Below, piece after piece: positions 51,411 to 64,000 of a stretch of DNA of 64,000 nucleotides. Positions within the stretch are counted from its first letter, which is position 1. Each line of letters begins with the position of its first letter. This DNA is from Callorhinchus milii. Its lineage: Eukaryota. Under the pieces are notes generated by a model that worked only from the letters and a program-made list of their open reading frames with translations, did not search any database and was not told the DNA's origin. The position numbers were made by a program, and so were the translations under genes. Location: positions 25,670,001-25,734,000 of the forward strand of contig NW_024704742.1 in the NCBI RefSeq assembly GCF_018977255.1. The letters are read 5' to 3'.

Positions 51411-53137
51411 AGAAACACATGTGAAAGGCAAACAAAAGGAAAATGTTCATGAACTGGGCTGCTTTGCCTTTTGAGACAATACAAATTAAACCTGGAATGA
51501 AGTGGGCAGCACCGGGCTGGTGAGGTATGTGAGCTGGCATGTTAGTAAACAAAGCTTGTGCTGCCTTAGCAACCATTCCAATTATTATTTTAATAATTAT
51601 TTGGAGTTTCGAAGGACTGATGTTAATGATTTGATATACCTTGTGTTTCATTGAGTTCTACAAAACGAATGATGGGTTAGGACAGCAGTATTTTGTTTCT
51701 TTTCAAGTAGTAAAGCGGTTTATTACCAAACACAGGGGTAAACTGGCGATTAACATTCCAGGGACGTACTACATTTATGCATTGTAAATCAAATGGCTTG
51801 TTGGCATCAGGTGATATCTGTGTTATGGAGACAGTTCCTGTTGACTCTGCAGCTAATGCCCAGGTGTGTGCAATAGTGGACCACAGGAATGTTCAAAAGA
51901 GGGTTGTCATTGTACAAACTGCTTAGAAGAGACCACCGTCCTACATTTGGGCACAGAAAATTGCATATGTTAACAGACAAATCACCAATCATAGTGCTAA
52001 CATAATGTGCAGGACCGTAATAGGTATTACCAGTGATGTGAGTCTAATTCCTGTTCCTCATTTAGTCTGGACTAGTAATAAGCACTTGGGGACCAGCACT
52101 GACCATAATGCTTTCCAAAATGGCTGTTCACAACATTCATAAATTGCTCTTTGCATCACTGTAAAATTTGCTGAATACACCAAGGAATACACTTGTGGCC
52201 CAGTGAATAATATAAGGAGGATTAATAGGATAAAAATTTGCACCAATTTGGTAATTGGCCTAGGAACGCCAAACGCACTTTAGTGTTGAGGTGATGTATG
52301 TTGGAATAAGACGCAGTAAATGTGTACAGAATGAAGGCGGAGAAGCAAAAAGATTTGTGTGTTATTATTAGTTTCTCTGTGAAGCTTTCCAGTCAACAAA
52401 GCAAATCAAATACAAGATTTCACTTGAGGGCATTTTGCACCCATGAAAGATAATGGAATAGAGGGGATCGGGAGAGGTTAGGCCTGGGAGAATTAGGATG
52501 GCTATAGGTTCATGCAGAGTATAAACGCTAAATGGTTCTGTTTCAGTGTTGTAGACTCTATGTATTTAATTCTATGAATGCATTTGACTGTAAGTTGAAA
52601 ATGTTATTCCAACTTTATATAGATCACTTGTGAGTTTATGCAGTGCAGATACTTGTAACGCAGTGTTTGAGATTCATAAAATCCCAAACTATATTACAGT
52701 GAAGCATGATAGTGAGTTCAACATGTGCAGGGAAGCAAAATGTGACATCAATTCTGACCTAATGAACCGGAAGTCAGTTATTTTAGGGTGAAACTGTGAC
52801 CGGCGCACAAGGAAGCATATAGGTCAGCTGTGCAAATGAGCAATGAACTGGGTCCACTGGGCAACTACATTACAGTAAAAGCGAATTCTCACTATAATGA
52901 AGTGGGTTATATTTGGATTTATATTTGTACAGTATTTGAACTACTGAGACCTGAAATTTCACCTTGTCTTGGCCTGTAAAACCATTTTTCCTTCAAATTT
53001 AAGATCATGCAGAATTGTGAATTAGAAACCAAAGTTTCCAAATGAAATATCAGATATCAGATATTGCTTATGTTCTGGATACAAATCCACCTCTCGTATA
53101 TATTAAATTCATCTCATTCCTCACATATTCGCCCAAA

Positions 53138-53325
53138 GCTGTGGGGCTAAAAATGTGGCATATGATTATATCACCGATTATCACATTGACCAAATATGCA
53201 ACCCAAATCAGTCAATAGTTGGTGCTGATGTAGGTGAGGTTGTGTTACATCCTCCAAGCCTCGTAAGTATTGACTGCCTCTGACCACATTTTTAGTTGAT
53301 GTGATAATTATCACCGGTGATACTT
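53138..53325. mobile_element. Palindromic MITE-like family 2 (a family-1 half copy lies at 52946-53040)
   Basis: attatcacattgac..cagtcaata / tattgactg..gatgtgataattatcaccggtgata. Confidence 0.65.
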
Positions 53326-53576
53326 TTGACCCCAATAAAACAAAAACTAGGTGGGGACATGAATTCTGAGATAGAAAGTGAGAAATGCCCTGAGCTTATA
53401 TGATAATTTTCACATTGAATCTGTTACGAAACATTGCATTTTCACCCTAATGTCTCACCGGACTACAGCAGGGTTGTGAACAGCAGTGGTGAGATCAAGA
53501 TCAAAAAGGATGAAGGATAAGATTAGTAAGATTTGAAGTTGACCAAAGGCATAATAACATTTCAAGGTCAAGTACC

Positions 53577-53910
53577 ATAATAATAATAATAATAATAATA
53601 ATCCTTGCATTTGATATAGCGCTTTTCACGTCGGGAGGACGTCCCAAAGCGCTTCACAGAATATACTGTAAAGTGAACTGACTGTATATTTGAGGGCGAA
53701 CGCGGCAGCCAATTGCGCACAGCATTGTCCCACAAACAGTCGTGGATTGAAAATGACCAACTTATTATTGTTTTTGTTTTTTTGGAGGGATTATTATTAG
53801 GCTCTGTGTGGAGTAAGGAAACTTGCCCAAGGTTTCGCCCTCTGCCTGGAATTGAACTCAGGTCTCTCACTTGCAAAGCGAGTGCTCTAACCACTGAGCT
53901 ACAGGACTCC
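53577..53910 (-). mobile_element. SINE family A, short subfamily, full length, young
   Basis: CpG-rich intact body and perfect tail stem-loop. Confidence 0.95.
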
Positions 53911-56296
53911 ACGGTTGCTTATCAACTACCATCAGGGTAGTTGATAAGCAACCCTTGATGTGAGATGATAAAGGAATTAAATCCAAGCTAGATGATGAAG
54001 AGAGGATCTGAGGATTATCAAGATTGAAGAAGGAAGGGATGGAAGCGATACCAGTGCAAGCTAAATGTAAAGGGAGCAATGAATTGGAAGGTGATTGAAG
54101 TCAGGTTCAGATCTGAGGCTACTTGGCAATGGCACATTTCAAGCTGATTGATGCGATGGTTGGGGGTTTCATACCATATAGGTTTGGAACGAGTTCCCTG
54201 TTGGCAGGGAAATGAAGAAGGACCTGTAGGATGGCTAGGGCCACATGGTAACAAGAAATACGAGATGTGTCGAGGAACCATTGTTTAATCAGCCCAACAT
54301 AGACCTATTCAAATTTCAAATAGGATTTGGTGCTTGCCCCTAATGATTTGTAGACAACTTAGAAAGCATCATACACGTCATGGAAATATTTGCTGCAATT
54401 TCTGTGTCAATACATTTGTAACCAGAAATTCATTTCTTCGAGGATGATTTATTTCTACTCAGGTTCAACCACAAAACCACCGATGCATGCCTGTTGGGTC
54501 CTGCATTCCTTAATAAGAAAAGCTCCATTTACACAGAAACTGCAAATTCAGCTTTGTACTGTACCCATGGCTGTTTCTCCTTCATTTGAGACAGTAAATA
54601 GTGTGGAGGAGCGGCTGAAATAAATTCAGAGTAAAACTTTAAGAAAATCTCACCTCTCGGGTACAGAATAAAAATGGTTCCTCACCAGTGTTTCAGCCCA
54701 CTTCCTTGTAAACAGCCCAACCCAGTTGATCCTAATTACTCACGCCATAAGATACTGGAGTGGGCAAGGCTGTTTACTGTCTTTTTATTCAAAATGTTCC
54801 GAAACATGTTTGCACATGACATCATCCGTCACTGCACTCACCCACCAACCTTGAAATGACTGTTCTTAACTTTAAATTACAGTTGTTGGAATGGTCTAGC
54901 TAAATGTGCTGTAATTCAGGGCAGAAGGATTCAATTCACATTAGTGGGAAGCAAATTGAATCCGTGCTGGCTGTGTCAGTGGGGTATATTCGCCCACAAA
55001 TATACAGTCAATTCACTTTACAGTATATTCTGTGAAGCACTTTGAGACGTCCAGAAGATGTGAAAAGCGCTATATCAAATGCAAGGATTATTATTATATT
55101 ATAAGAGAATCACAAAGTAACAAGAAATATGAGATGTGTCAAGGAACCATTGTTAAAAATCAAGAACATCAGTTTCTGACAATGGAAAACCCATCTGAAT
55201 CAATGCCAGTCTGACAATCTTTGACAAAATGAAAATAATTTGACTCAACTATTCAGTGAACTGAATGATTCACTCAAACATTCAATTACAAAGTTGTGCA
55301 ATTTTGTTTTGGTGACATTTACAATTTTTTTTGATGAAATTACCATTCTGCATACTTTACCATTAACACAACAATAGCAACAACTTGCATTCGTATAGTC
55401 TTGAAGCAGTTTTCAAGTTTGAAGTTTGACTTTGAGCAAAGGAGAGTGGGTGTGAGAGGGAGGTATGGAGAGGTGGTCATAGGTACATTAGAAAAAGTAG
55501 GTGTTGAGGTGGGACTTAAAGACAGAAAGAGAGGGGAGAGCGGAGTGGTAGAGAGAGGGAGATTTAGAGATTAGGGGCATAGGAACTGAAGGTTCACCAG
55601 TAATGGCGTGAAGAGAAAATATGCAGAATACATACAGAGGCCATCGTTCAGTGTCCTTCGGGGACAAAAGGAGCCTCTGTCATTCAAAACTTTTTCAGTT
55701 CTATTCATGATTATGGATTGGAAACTTCAAAGAGCAGCCTTGCCATCTGTGTAAAAGCTAATATCTGAAAAATGTGCCATATATCTTTGCACCAAACAGT
55801 GAACATCAGAGATAGAAAGTAAATTAAACATATTCATTGAAAAATAAAATATTCATTTTAATTTCAGAAAGCTTTTACATATAACTAAGTATAAAATATG
55901 TGAATCTGTAGGAAAAATATGCATAATTTTTAAGAAAATTAGTTCAACATACCACTGATTTGACACAATAATAGTATGGAATGCAACTAATTTGCTTGAA
56001 CAAGAATGTAACAAACATCAGCCAGGATTATTCAGAGCACTAACCTGTAACTTTTCATGTTCTTAGGCTCAATCTTTAAGTTTGTTCAGAATTTCAGAAA
56101 ACAGTCTAAACTGTATTAGTTTAGAAGCTGATTTTCACAGTAACCAAGAAAATAAACTATGGAAAATCGGCTTCCAAATTAACACTGAATTTAAGGCCAT
56201 TTTCCAAATTTCTGTACAATTCTAAATTTTAGGATTTACTTTTCTAATATCTCAATCCAAGAGGTTATGGGCTTGTATTGATCACTACTATTAGTC

Positions 56297-56780
56297 ATCA
56301 GCTTGGCTCAGTTGGTAGTGCACTCATCTCTGAGTGAGAAGATTGTGGGATCAAGTCACATTCGAAACTTTGAGCCTATAGTCTTGGCTGAAACTCCAGT
56401 GCAACACTGGAAGAGCAATGCATTATCACAGGTGCCTTCCTTCAGATTGGAAGTTAAATGGAGGGTCCCTCTGCCTGTTCAGGTTGAAGTTAAATAATAA
56501 AATAATAGTATCACATCAGGAGAACATCTCAAAGTACTTCACAAGATTTACTGTAAAGTTTACCTGTGTATTTTGAAGGAAATGTTAAAGATCCCGTGGA
56601 ACTATTTGAAAAGTGAAGTGAGTTTCACTCAGTGTCCCCCTCATTCACTTCATGGCTGTTTGAAGGACATTGCTGTGGGCAAATTGACAGCTATGTGTGC
56701 CTACAAGTATATTGTTACTACACTTTACAGTAACATTTAAGATGTTCTGATGATGTGATAAGCTTGATATATCAAATGCA
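56297..56780 (+). mobile_element. SINE family B, full length with internal insertion
   Basis: TGGCTCAGTTGG Box A, Meta-like, Deu-like. Confidence 0.82.
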
Positions 56781-57566
56781 ATCACAATAACAACAAATTA
56801 CATTTGTATAGCCCCTTTCACATCGGGAGGATGTTCCAAAGTGCTGGGACTATTATAATTATTATTAATAATTGTTATTGTTTTCAGTGCAGAGTTCCAG
56901 GAATTGGTCACCATTGCCATCAGCCTGCTCTGGTGTTGCCAACTTCTTCTTGAGGTATTTATCCCAAGCTATCCTAAAACAAATCTGCCCCCACTGAAGA
57001 ACGCATTGTGACATCTTCACTAAATGCAAAATACACAGTTAATTCACTTTACAGCATATTCTGTGAAGCGCTTTGAGACGTCTCGAAGATGTGATAAGGT
57101 GCTATATCAAATGCAAGGTTTATTATTATTATCATTATTATTACTATTATTATGCCTGGTTAAATGCACCTCCTTCCTTCATGTTGCATCACACAGCCTT
57201 TCTTGTTGAGGGAATTTCACATCAGTAATTTCACATCTAGTAGAAATCAGGCTGCAAATATTGCAGATACAGTTCTGCTGCAGAATTAAATGCAAAAATC
57301 ATGCCAGCCTTGGCAGTACACTCTGCAGTGTAAATTGCCCATAAACAATCCATCACTCAAGAGTTTGAAAGGCTCCACTGTACTTTGTTGCGTTAATAAT
57401 ATATTACTTAATTCAATGGGCACTCTCCATTTCTAACCTCCTCTTTTCATTATTTTTAAGTGCTCCGAGACACTGCTTCGAGAGAAGGGCCTATATAAAT
57501 GCAAGTTGTTGTTGTTATTTCTGTAACCCAAGCTTACTAACCACTTCCATCTTATTCCTCTTCCAG

Positions 57567-57747
57567 TGCGGTGTCGCTCTCTTCAACAATGGCACAGAAT
57601 GGTGAGACATGGCTTCATGAAGCCCAACGTGCTGAGTTTCCAGACTTGTTGAGAGGAGGGGATGAAGAAGGAAAAGTAGAGGAAGAAAGCTTGTATTTTG
57701 CAACTCCCACTGGTCATTTTTACATTGGCATCGTGAGAGACCTGGGA
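57567..57747 (+). other. Candidate spliced exon (unassigned; alternative donor after 57601)
   Basis: TACTAAC at 57535-57541, pyrimidine tract and CAG. One frame is open throughout. Donors ATG/gtgaga and GGA/gtaggt. Confidence 0.35.
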
Positions 57748-57809
57748 GTAGGTCTTTTGACTGTGAATGATTGAAAGGGCGAAGATGCTTTAGGGAAAAC
57801 ATGGGGGGA

Positions 57810-58008
57810 GATCACCAGTGGTAATTACCACATTGATCTAAATTGTGGTCAAAGCAGTCAGTCAATAGTTATCACTGGTTACAGGAAGTGGGTGGGGCTC
57901 TCACCCTGAGATTAGTGGTAACTATTGGCTGTATTCGACTGCAATGTTAGTCGCTATGATAGTTATCACCAGAGATATTATCAAATGCCACAATTTTGGC
58001 TCCGTGGC
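57810..58008. mobile_element. Palindromic MITE-like family 2
   Basis: Complementary arms of about 70 bp around a spacer of about 30 bp. Confidence 0.65.
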
Positions 58009-59339
58009 AACTCACCCACGAGAAAGAATCATAGAAATTTACAATGTAGAAGGAGCCAATTTGGCCCATTGAGTCTGTACCATTTCTCAGAGCAAGGAAA
58101 AGGGAATATTATTTTCTCTGGTTCAAAGTTACCAAGTTAAAATCTTTTTCAATAAATACACATTTCAATTCTTCGGTTATTCTGATTGCTCTTCCTTCTT
58201 GCATTTGCTGGTCAGAATCATAGCAAAGTGCTGTGCATATTGCTGTTTAAAGGACTGTATATGTCTATTCAAAATCAATCTGCTGTTTCATAACGTTTTG
58301 CTCAATCATATTTAGCAAAGTAGCAGAAATTTTGTAATGTATGAAAATACTATATTATTGATCTTGAGTCCCAAGCATTCTCTATAATTATGCCATCATA
58401 AGTGAAATACAGACATAAGTGAACTCTTGTTATATTATTTTTACAAAATGGACCAAAACAGACAGATTATACCTTAAAAGAACTTTTGAAAAGTTAAAAT
58501 ATTATGGAAAATCCAGTATTACCATTTGATGTACTTTTATAGTGTGGTCACTAATATAAGAAAATACAGTGACTTCTTGTGATTCATAAAATTCATAATA
58601 TATACACAGTGGGTATCACAAACCCATGCTCAAAGTTTGCCAGAGTTTAAAAGCAGTTGAGATTTATAAATTACCCATTGGTACTTCAATCTGGGCAAGA
58701 ACATACAATTTTAAATAAAATAAGGTCTTAAAGAAAAGGAAAAATAGGAAATGTTAACTATTGGATTCTAAGGTTATTTAAAGTTGGACAAACTTGCTGA
58801 TCACAGCACTTAGGTGGAGGCTTTGGAAAGAGGAGAATTGTTTGCTTAGAATATTTTGGATCCTACCAGGAAGTTGTCAAGTTGTTCATTAAAATTTCCC
58901 AAAAGTTAATGAGAATAACAAATGGCAGTTTGAATGTTTGATACAAAATGCAACTTTTGCCAAGCTTCTAGAGTAGCTGCAATAAAGGAATTTGTATATT
59001 TTATGGAGACAATTTAGGTTTATTGACCATGAAAGAGAACATAATAGAGCTTTTCTTGCCAACGAATGTTAAGTCTTCGTGAAATTTATTCAGGTTCAGG
59101 ACCAATGCTGATTATTAGTCCAGCGTCAGAACTTTCAAAAAGTGTGTTAAAAAATATATATCATTGCGAAAACTACAGGAGCAATACATTAATAAAGTAA
59201 TTAAAACAACCAATTCAAATGATACAGATTTATTAGAAATAAACCTTTCAGCTATTAACAAAGTTAGAGAAGACACATTTGATCAAACTTTGGATGTAAT
59301 AAGGTGCTATATCAAATGCAAAGCTTACTATTATGAACT

Positions 59340-59703
59340 ATAACAATAAATAATCCTTGCATTTGATGTAGAGCCTTTTATATCTGAAGCACATTGCATG
59401 ATTTACTGTGAAATATAGTAGTGACTGTGTATCATGTAGGCAGCCAATTTGTGCACAGCAATGTATCACAAAGAGCCATAAAGTGAATGACTGATTTTAT
59501 TGGGGGATTGTTGGCCAGGATACCAGTAATCCTTTCTCTTTTTGAGTGGTGCCAAGGGATCTTTAACTTCCACCTGAACAGGTAGAAAGGTTCTTGGTTT
59601 GATGTCTCAACTGAAGGACGACACCTCCAATAATGCAACATACCCCCAGCACTGCATTTGAATGGCAGCCTAACCTATGATCTTAAAGTATCGATGTGGG
59701 ACT
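59340..59703 (-). mobile_element. SINE family B
   Basis: gtgccaagggatctttaac...gatgtctcaactgaaggac is the Meta-like block reversed. Confidence 0.85.
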
Positions 59704-59705
59704 TC

Positions 59706-60435
<730 letters not shown>

Positions 60436-61446
60436 CACCTACAACCCTCTAACTCAGAGATGAGTGCTACCAGCTGAGTACATTCAGAACACTTGGCAGA
60501 AATGACTTGTAAAATGTTTTGAGATATCTCAAATTATATACCCATTATCAGAAGCAAGGATAATTGTTATTTTTACAGGAAATATTAACAGGAACATCAC
60601 TTGAAGGCAATGTTCAAGCCAGTTTCTCTGATATTCCTGATTTCTAATATAATAATAATAATCCCTGCATTTCGTATAGCGCCTTTCACATCAGAAGGAT
60701 GTTGCAAAGTACTTCACAGGATTTAAGTGGAGTGATTGAATTTGTGGACAAATATTTGGTAACAGCAATGTCCTACAAACAGCCATGAAGTGAATGACCA
60801 TTTTTTTTAATGTACATATTTACATAATAAATATAGATCTAGCATAATATGCTTATTCAAACAGATAAAATAGACATTGTTTTCAAGTGCTTTGTGTTGT
60901 GGAAAACTTCTCCATGCTATTCACTTCTCTCACTGTGTAGCAATGCCTCATTACTTCTGGCACTGGCTGAATGCAGTATCTGATTGATTTAAATTACTTT
61001 AACATGCTCAACATGGTTTCTGTCACCTTTTTGGCTCTGTATGGTATAATTATATTATCTTATTCTTAATTCTAAACATCAGAATTTGGGCAGAAATGCT
61101 GAACATTTTTTTAAAGCAATTTCTACTGAAATTCTGTCATGGTTTATGTAGATTTACAGTCTGGCGACATTAGTTACCAATGTAATTTTAGGCCCATTCT
61201 GGTGGACTATTCCCACTGTTAGAGGAATGAGCTTTTCACCTTTGTGAAGCCTAGCTTCATTCCTCAAACACTTGGAAACCAGGCATAGATTTAAGTTCAA
61301 CACGTCATACTCTCTGTGCTGGCTAGTCTTTCACAGGGGTGCAGTGATCGGTAGAGTAATAATATTTTGGCCTGAATCTTGTGGTTGATGAAGCAACTTC
61401 TTCCAGCAAAAAGGTCAGCGTTGTTTCATGCTGCTTTCAGCGGTTC

Positions 61447-61870
61447 GTCAGCCTGGCGTAGGGGTAGCACTCTCACCTCGGAGCCTCTGGTTCAAGTCCC
61501 ACTTTGGAACTTGAATAACATAGTCTAAGATGACACCCCAATGTAGTGATGGGTGTATGTTTCATTGGAGAAGATGCCATCATTCGGATGAGACTTTAAA
61601 CCAAGGTCCCATCTATCTGGTTCTTCAGGTAGATGTTAATCATCCCATTGTACTATTCGAAAAGAGAAAGAAATTTCCCCAGGTGTCGAACAATTCCCCA
61701 AATACAATTGGTCACTCACTCCATGTTTGAAGAACACTGCTGTGCACATTTGGCTGCTGTGTTTCGTCCACAAAATACACAATGAATCCACTTTACAGTA
61801 TGTCCTGTGAAGCTGTTTGAAATGTCTCAATGACTTGATAAGGTCCACATCAAATACAAGGATTATAAAT
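61447..61870 (+). mobile_element. SINE family B, full length
   Basis: ggtagcactctcacctc, ggttcaagtccc, ttcggatgagactttaaaccaaggtccc, Deu-like, tail. Confidence 0.9.
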
Positions 61871-62270
61871 ATTATGTACTGGGCCTGGAAGCCTCATAAA
61901 GTTGTGTGCTGTTGTACTGTTGGGAAAACATCCACAATTTTTCAATATTTGTGTGCATTATCAGTCACTGGCAATAAAGGCTGAGTGTAGGGAAGGAGCC
62001 AGAGAAATTGAGACTGATGTGCGCAGTGGTATGCTCATTAAAATACCTTTGGCCAATAATAAGATCAGTCACTATTCCTTTATGATATAGATGTGGAAAT
62101 CATTGCAAGCCTACTCCATCAGTGAGAAAAAAAGACTCAAGCATTTAATTTCTCTTCACTTAAATTCATAGAAATAATTCCGTTAGCAGCTCTTGATCAA
62201 AGTACAGGAATTCCTTGGTGTTAGAACAACAGGAACAGGAATAACCAGGGATTATACACAACTGTTTTAG

Positions 62271-62366
62271 GTGAAAATTCTTGAAGACATGGTAAAATGG
62301 GATGAAAATTCAGACCTCTCAGATGCGCTGACACAATTCATTCTTACCCAGCTCAATAGAAACATT
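62271..62366 (+). other. Candidate 96-nt phase 0-0 exon (unassigned)
   Basis: ttttag/VKILEDMVKWDENSDLSDALTQFILTQLNRNI/gtaagt. Weak pyrimidine tract. Confidence 0.25.
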
Positions 62367-62516
62367 GTAAGTTGCGGGAAACAGGAACCTAACTATCTGA
62401 CGTGTGATTCAATGTCATTTACGTGTTATTTCCAGATCCTGTTCTATTGTTGGCAATTAATATGAAACATTTCGGTTGAAGTGAACTGCTTGCAGCGTAA
62501 TTATAAATTGAGGGAC

Positions 62517-62690
62517 AATAATAATATTAATCCTTGCATTTAATATAGTGCCTTATTGTTGAGATGTCTCAAAGCGCTTCACAGAATATACTATATAGTA
62601 AATTGACTGTATATTTTGTGGGCGAAACGTGGCAGAAAATTGCGCACAGCAGTGTATCACAAGCAGTCGTGGATTGAGTGACCAAATTTA
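62517..62690 (-). mobile_element. SINE family A, 3' part
   Basis: Deu-like block and tail. Confidence 0.88.
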
Positions 62691-63605
62691 AACATTAAAC
62701 AATATCTAACACAGCAGACTGGTGAACTGTTTGAAATAAACAAAATAAATATCCTCATAACACCAAAGTGTCAGGTGGATTTCTGAGCAACACTATGGAT
62801 AGATTTATCGGTTGCACTGAAGGATTTTAATTTGTATTTATTGAAGGATGATATCAGAACAGTTTCTAATAGTCATTATCTGCCCTTTTCATTTAACTGT
62901 CCAAGCTGTTAGTAGGATCTAATTATTATTCAAACCACTCGCAACATTTTAAGTGTTTTATTTTATCTTGACTAAAAAATGAACAGCAAGTTTTCAAAAG
63001 CCCATATTTTTCATGTGCCTTTAAATTTGGCTGCAATTAATCTGCCCAATTTGATTAAAAACTGCACAAATTAAATAATAAAGGCCTGTCTAATGAGGAA
63101 TTAATTATGAAAAGTAGAAGGAGAGCTGGGATGAATAAATGCAATAAGTTATGGCCCGAGGCAGGATGTGTCAGGATCTAAGGGAGACAAAGGGTTTCTT
63201 CCTCCATGTGTGCCTATGCTGATAGGACTCATCACAGATCAGTAGATCCAGAAGCCATAACAGTCCAGTAATTGAAACTGCCAAAATCAATAGCAGTGAC
63301 AGCCTTAATTAAATTAAATACGTCTCTGATGAGCTCAAACAGCATGGCAGTGGACCACTTGACCCTTTCCCCAAGCGGACCTTGATAGAATGCAGCATGC
63401 TGCTTGATGAATTTTGCCCCTGAGGATATTCCGTGCACTAACTGCTGGGGGTTGATGGGGGGGGGAGGAGGGGGAGTTTCTTCAAGAGTTATGGCCTGCT
63501 TTTCGGGAATGTAATTGTATCTAGGCTCCATGAAGTACTTCGGTCCCTGTTTCCCACAGCTTGCAATGTTTCTATTGCGCTGGGCAAGACTGAATGGTGT
63601 CAGCG

Positions 63606-63790
63606 CAGGTCTGAATTTTCACCCCATCTTACCATGTGAGTCCACTTAAAATTTAAAATTTAAGATCCCGCAGAATTGTGGAAACTTCTTATATATGGTC
63701 CGAATTTTCAAGCTGATTCTTTTTGAAAGCTGAGGATGAAGAGTTTTGCACAGTTCTGCATAAATTATGTTTTAAGCAAACTAAATATGT
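63606..63790. mobile_element. Palindromic MITE-like family 1, degenerate
   Basis: ctgaattttcacc..aaatttaagatcccgcagaattgtgg is shared with 52946 and 40612. Confidence 0.55.
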
Positions 63791-64000
63791 CCCAAACTCT
63801 GTCCTCTGTGTGTGGATGAGTTCTATCCGATTATTTTGCTCAACCCGGGCACCTGCGTGGGCGATATTAACGTTGCAGGTTTGAATACTTTCTCACAGAG
63901 ACGTCACAGTTCCGATCTGATTCTGAGGCTGTTGTAATCATGGAGACTGAATTGGTTGGTGGTTTCCCACTGGATTTTTAATGAACAAAGTCTGGAGATA

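Noticed and set aside
63232..63531. 99-aa minus-strand ORF
   Set aside because: No recognisable domain; the polyproline comes from a G-run and the region looks regulatory.

Overview
Repeat-rich vertebrate genomic DNA (intronic or gene-desert) with no recognisable intact protein-coding gene. The repeat complement points to a cartilaginous fish, probably a holocephalan such as Callorhinchus (inference). It comprises tRNA-derived SINEs of two related architectures that share a Deu-like domain and an L2-derived 3' stem-loop tail, many 5'-truncated L2 and CR1 LINEs (some nested), a Penelope-like terminal fragment carrying a minimal hammerhead-ribozyme motif, two families of palindromic MITE-like elements, a third old SINE-like family and a 62-unit (AGAT)n microsatellite. 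Repeat-free blocks rich in homeodomain, Pbx-Hox and TCF motifs look like enhancers or conserved non-coding elements. A few short segments have strong splice signals and are unassigned exon candidates. The longer ORFs in the track are LINE remnants or antisense/low-complexity artefacts. All boundaries are read by eye and approximate.
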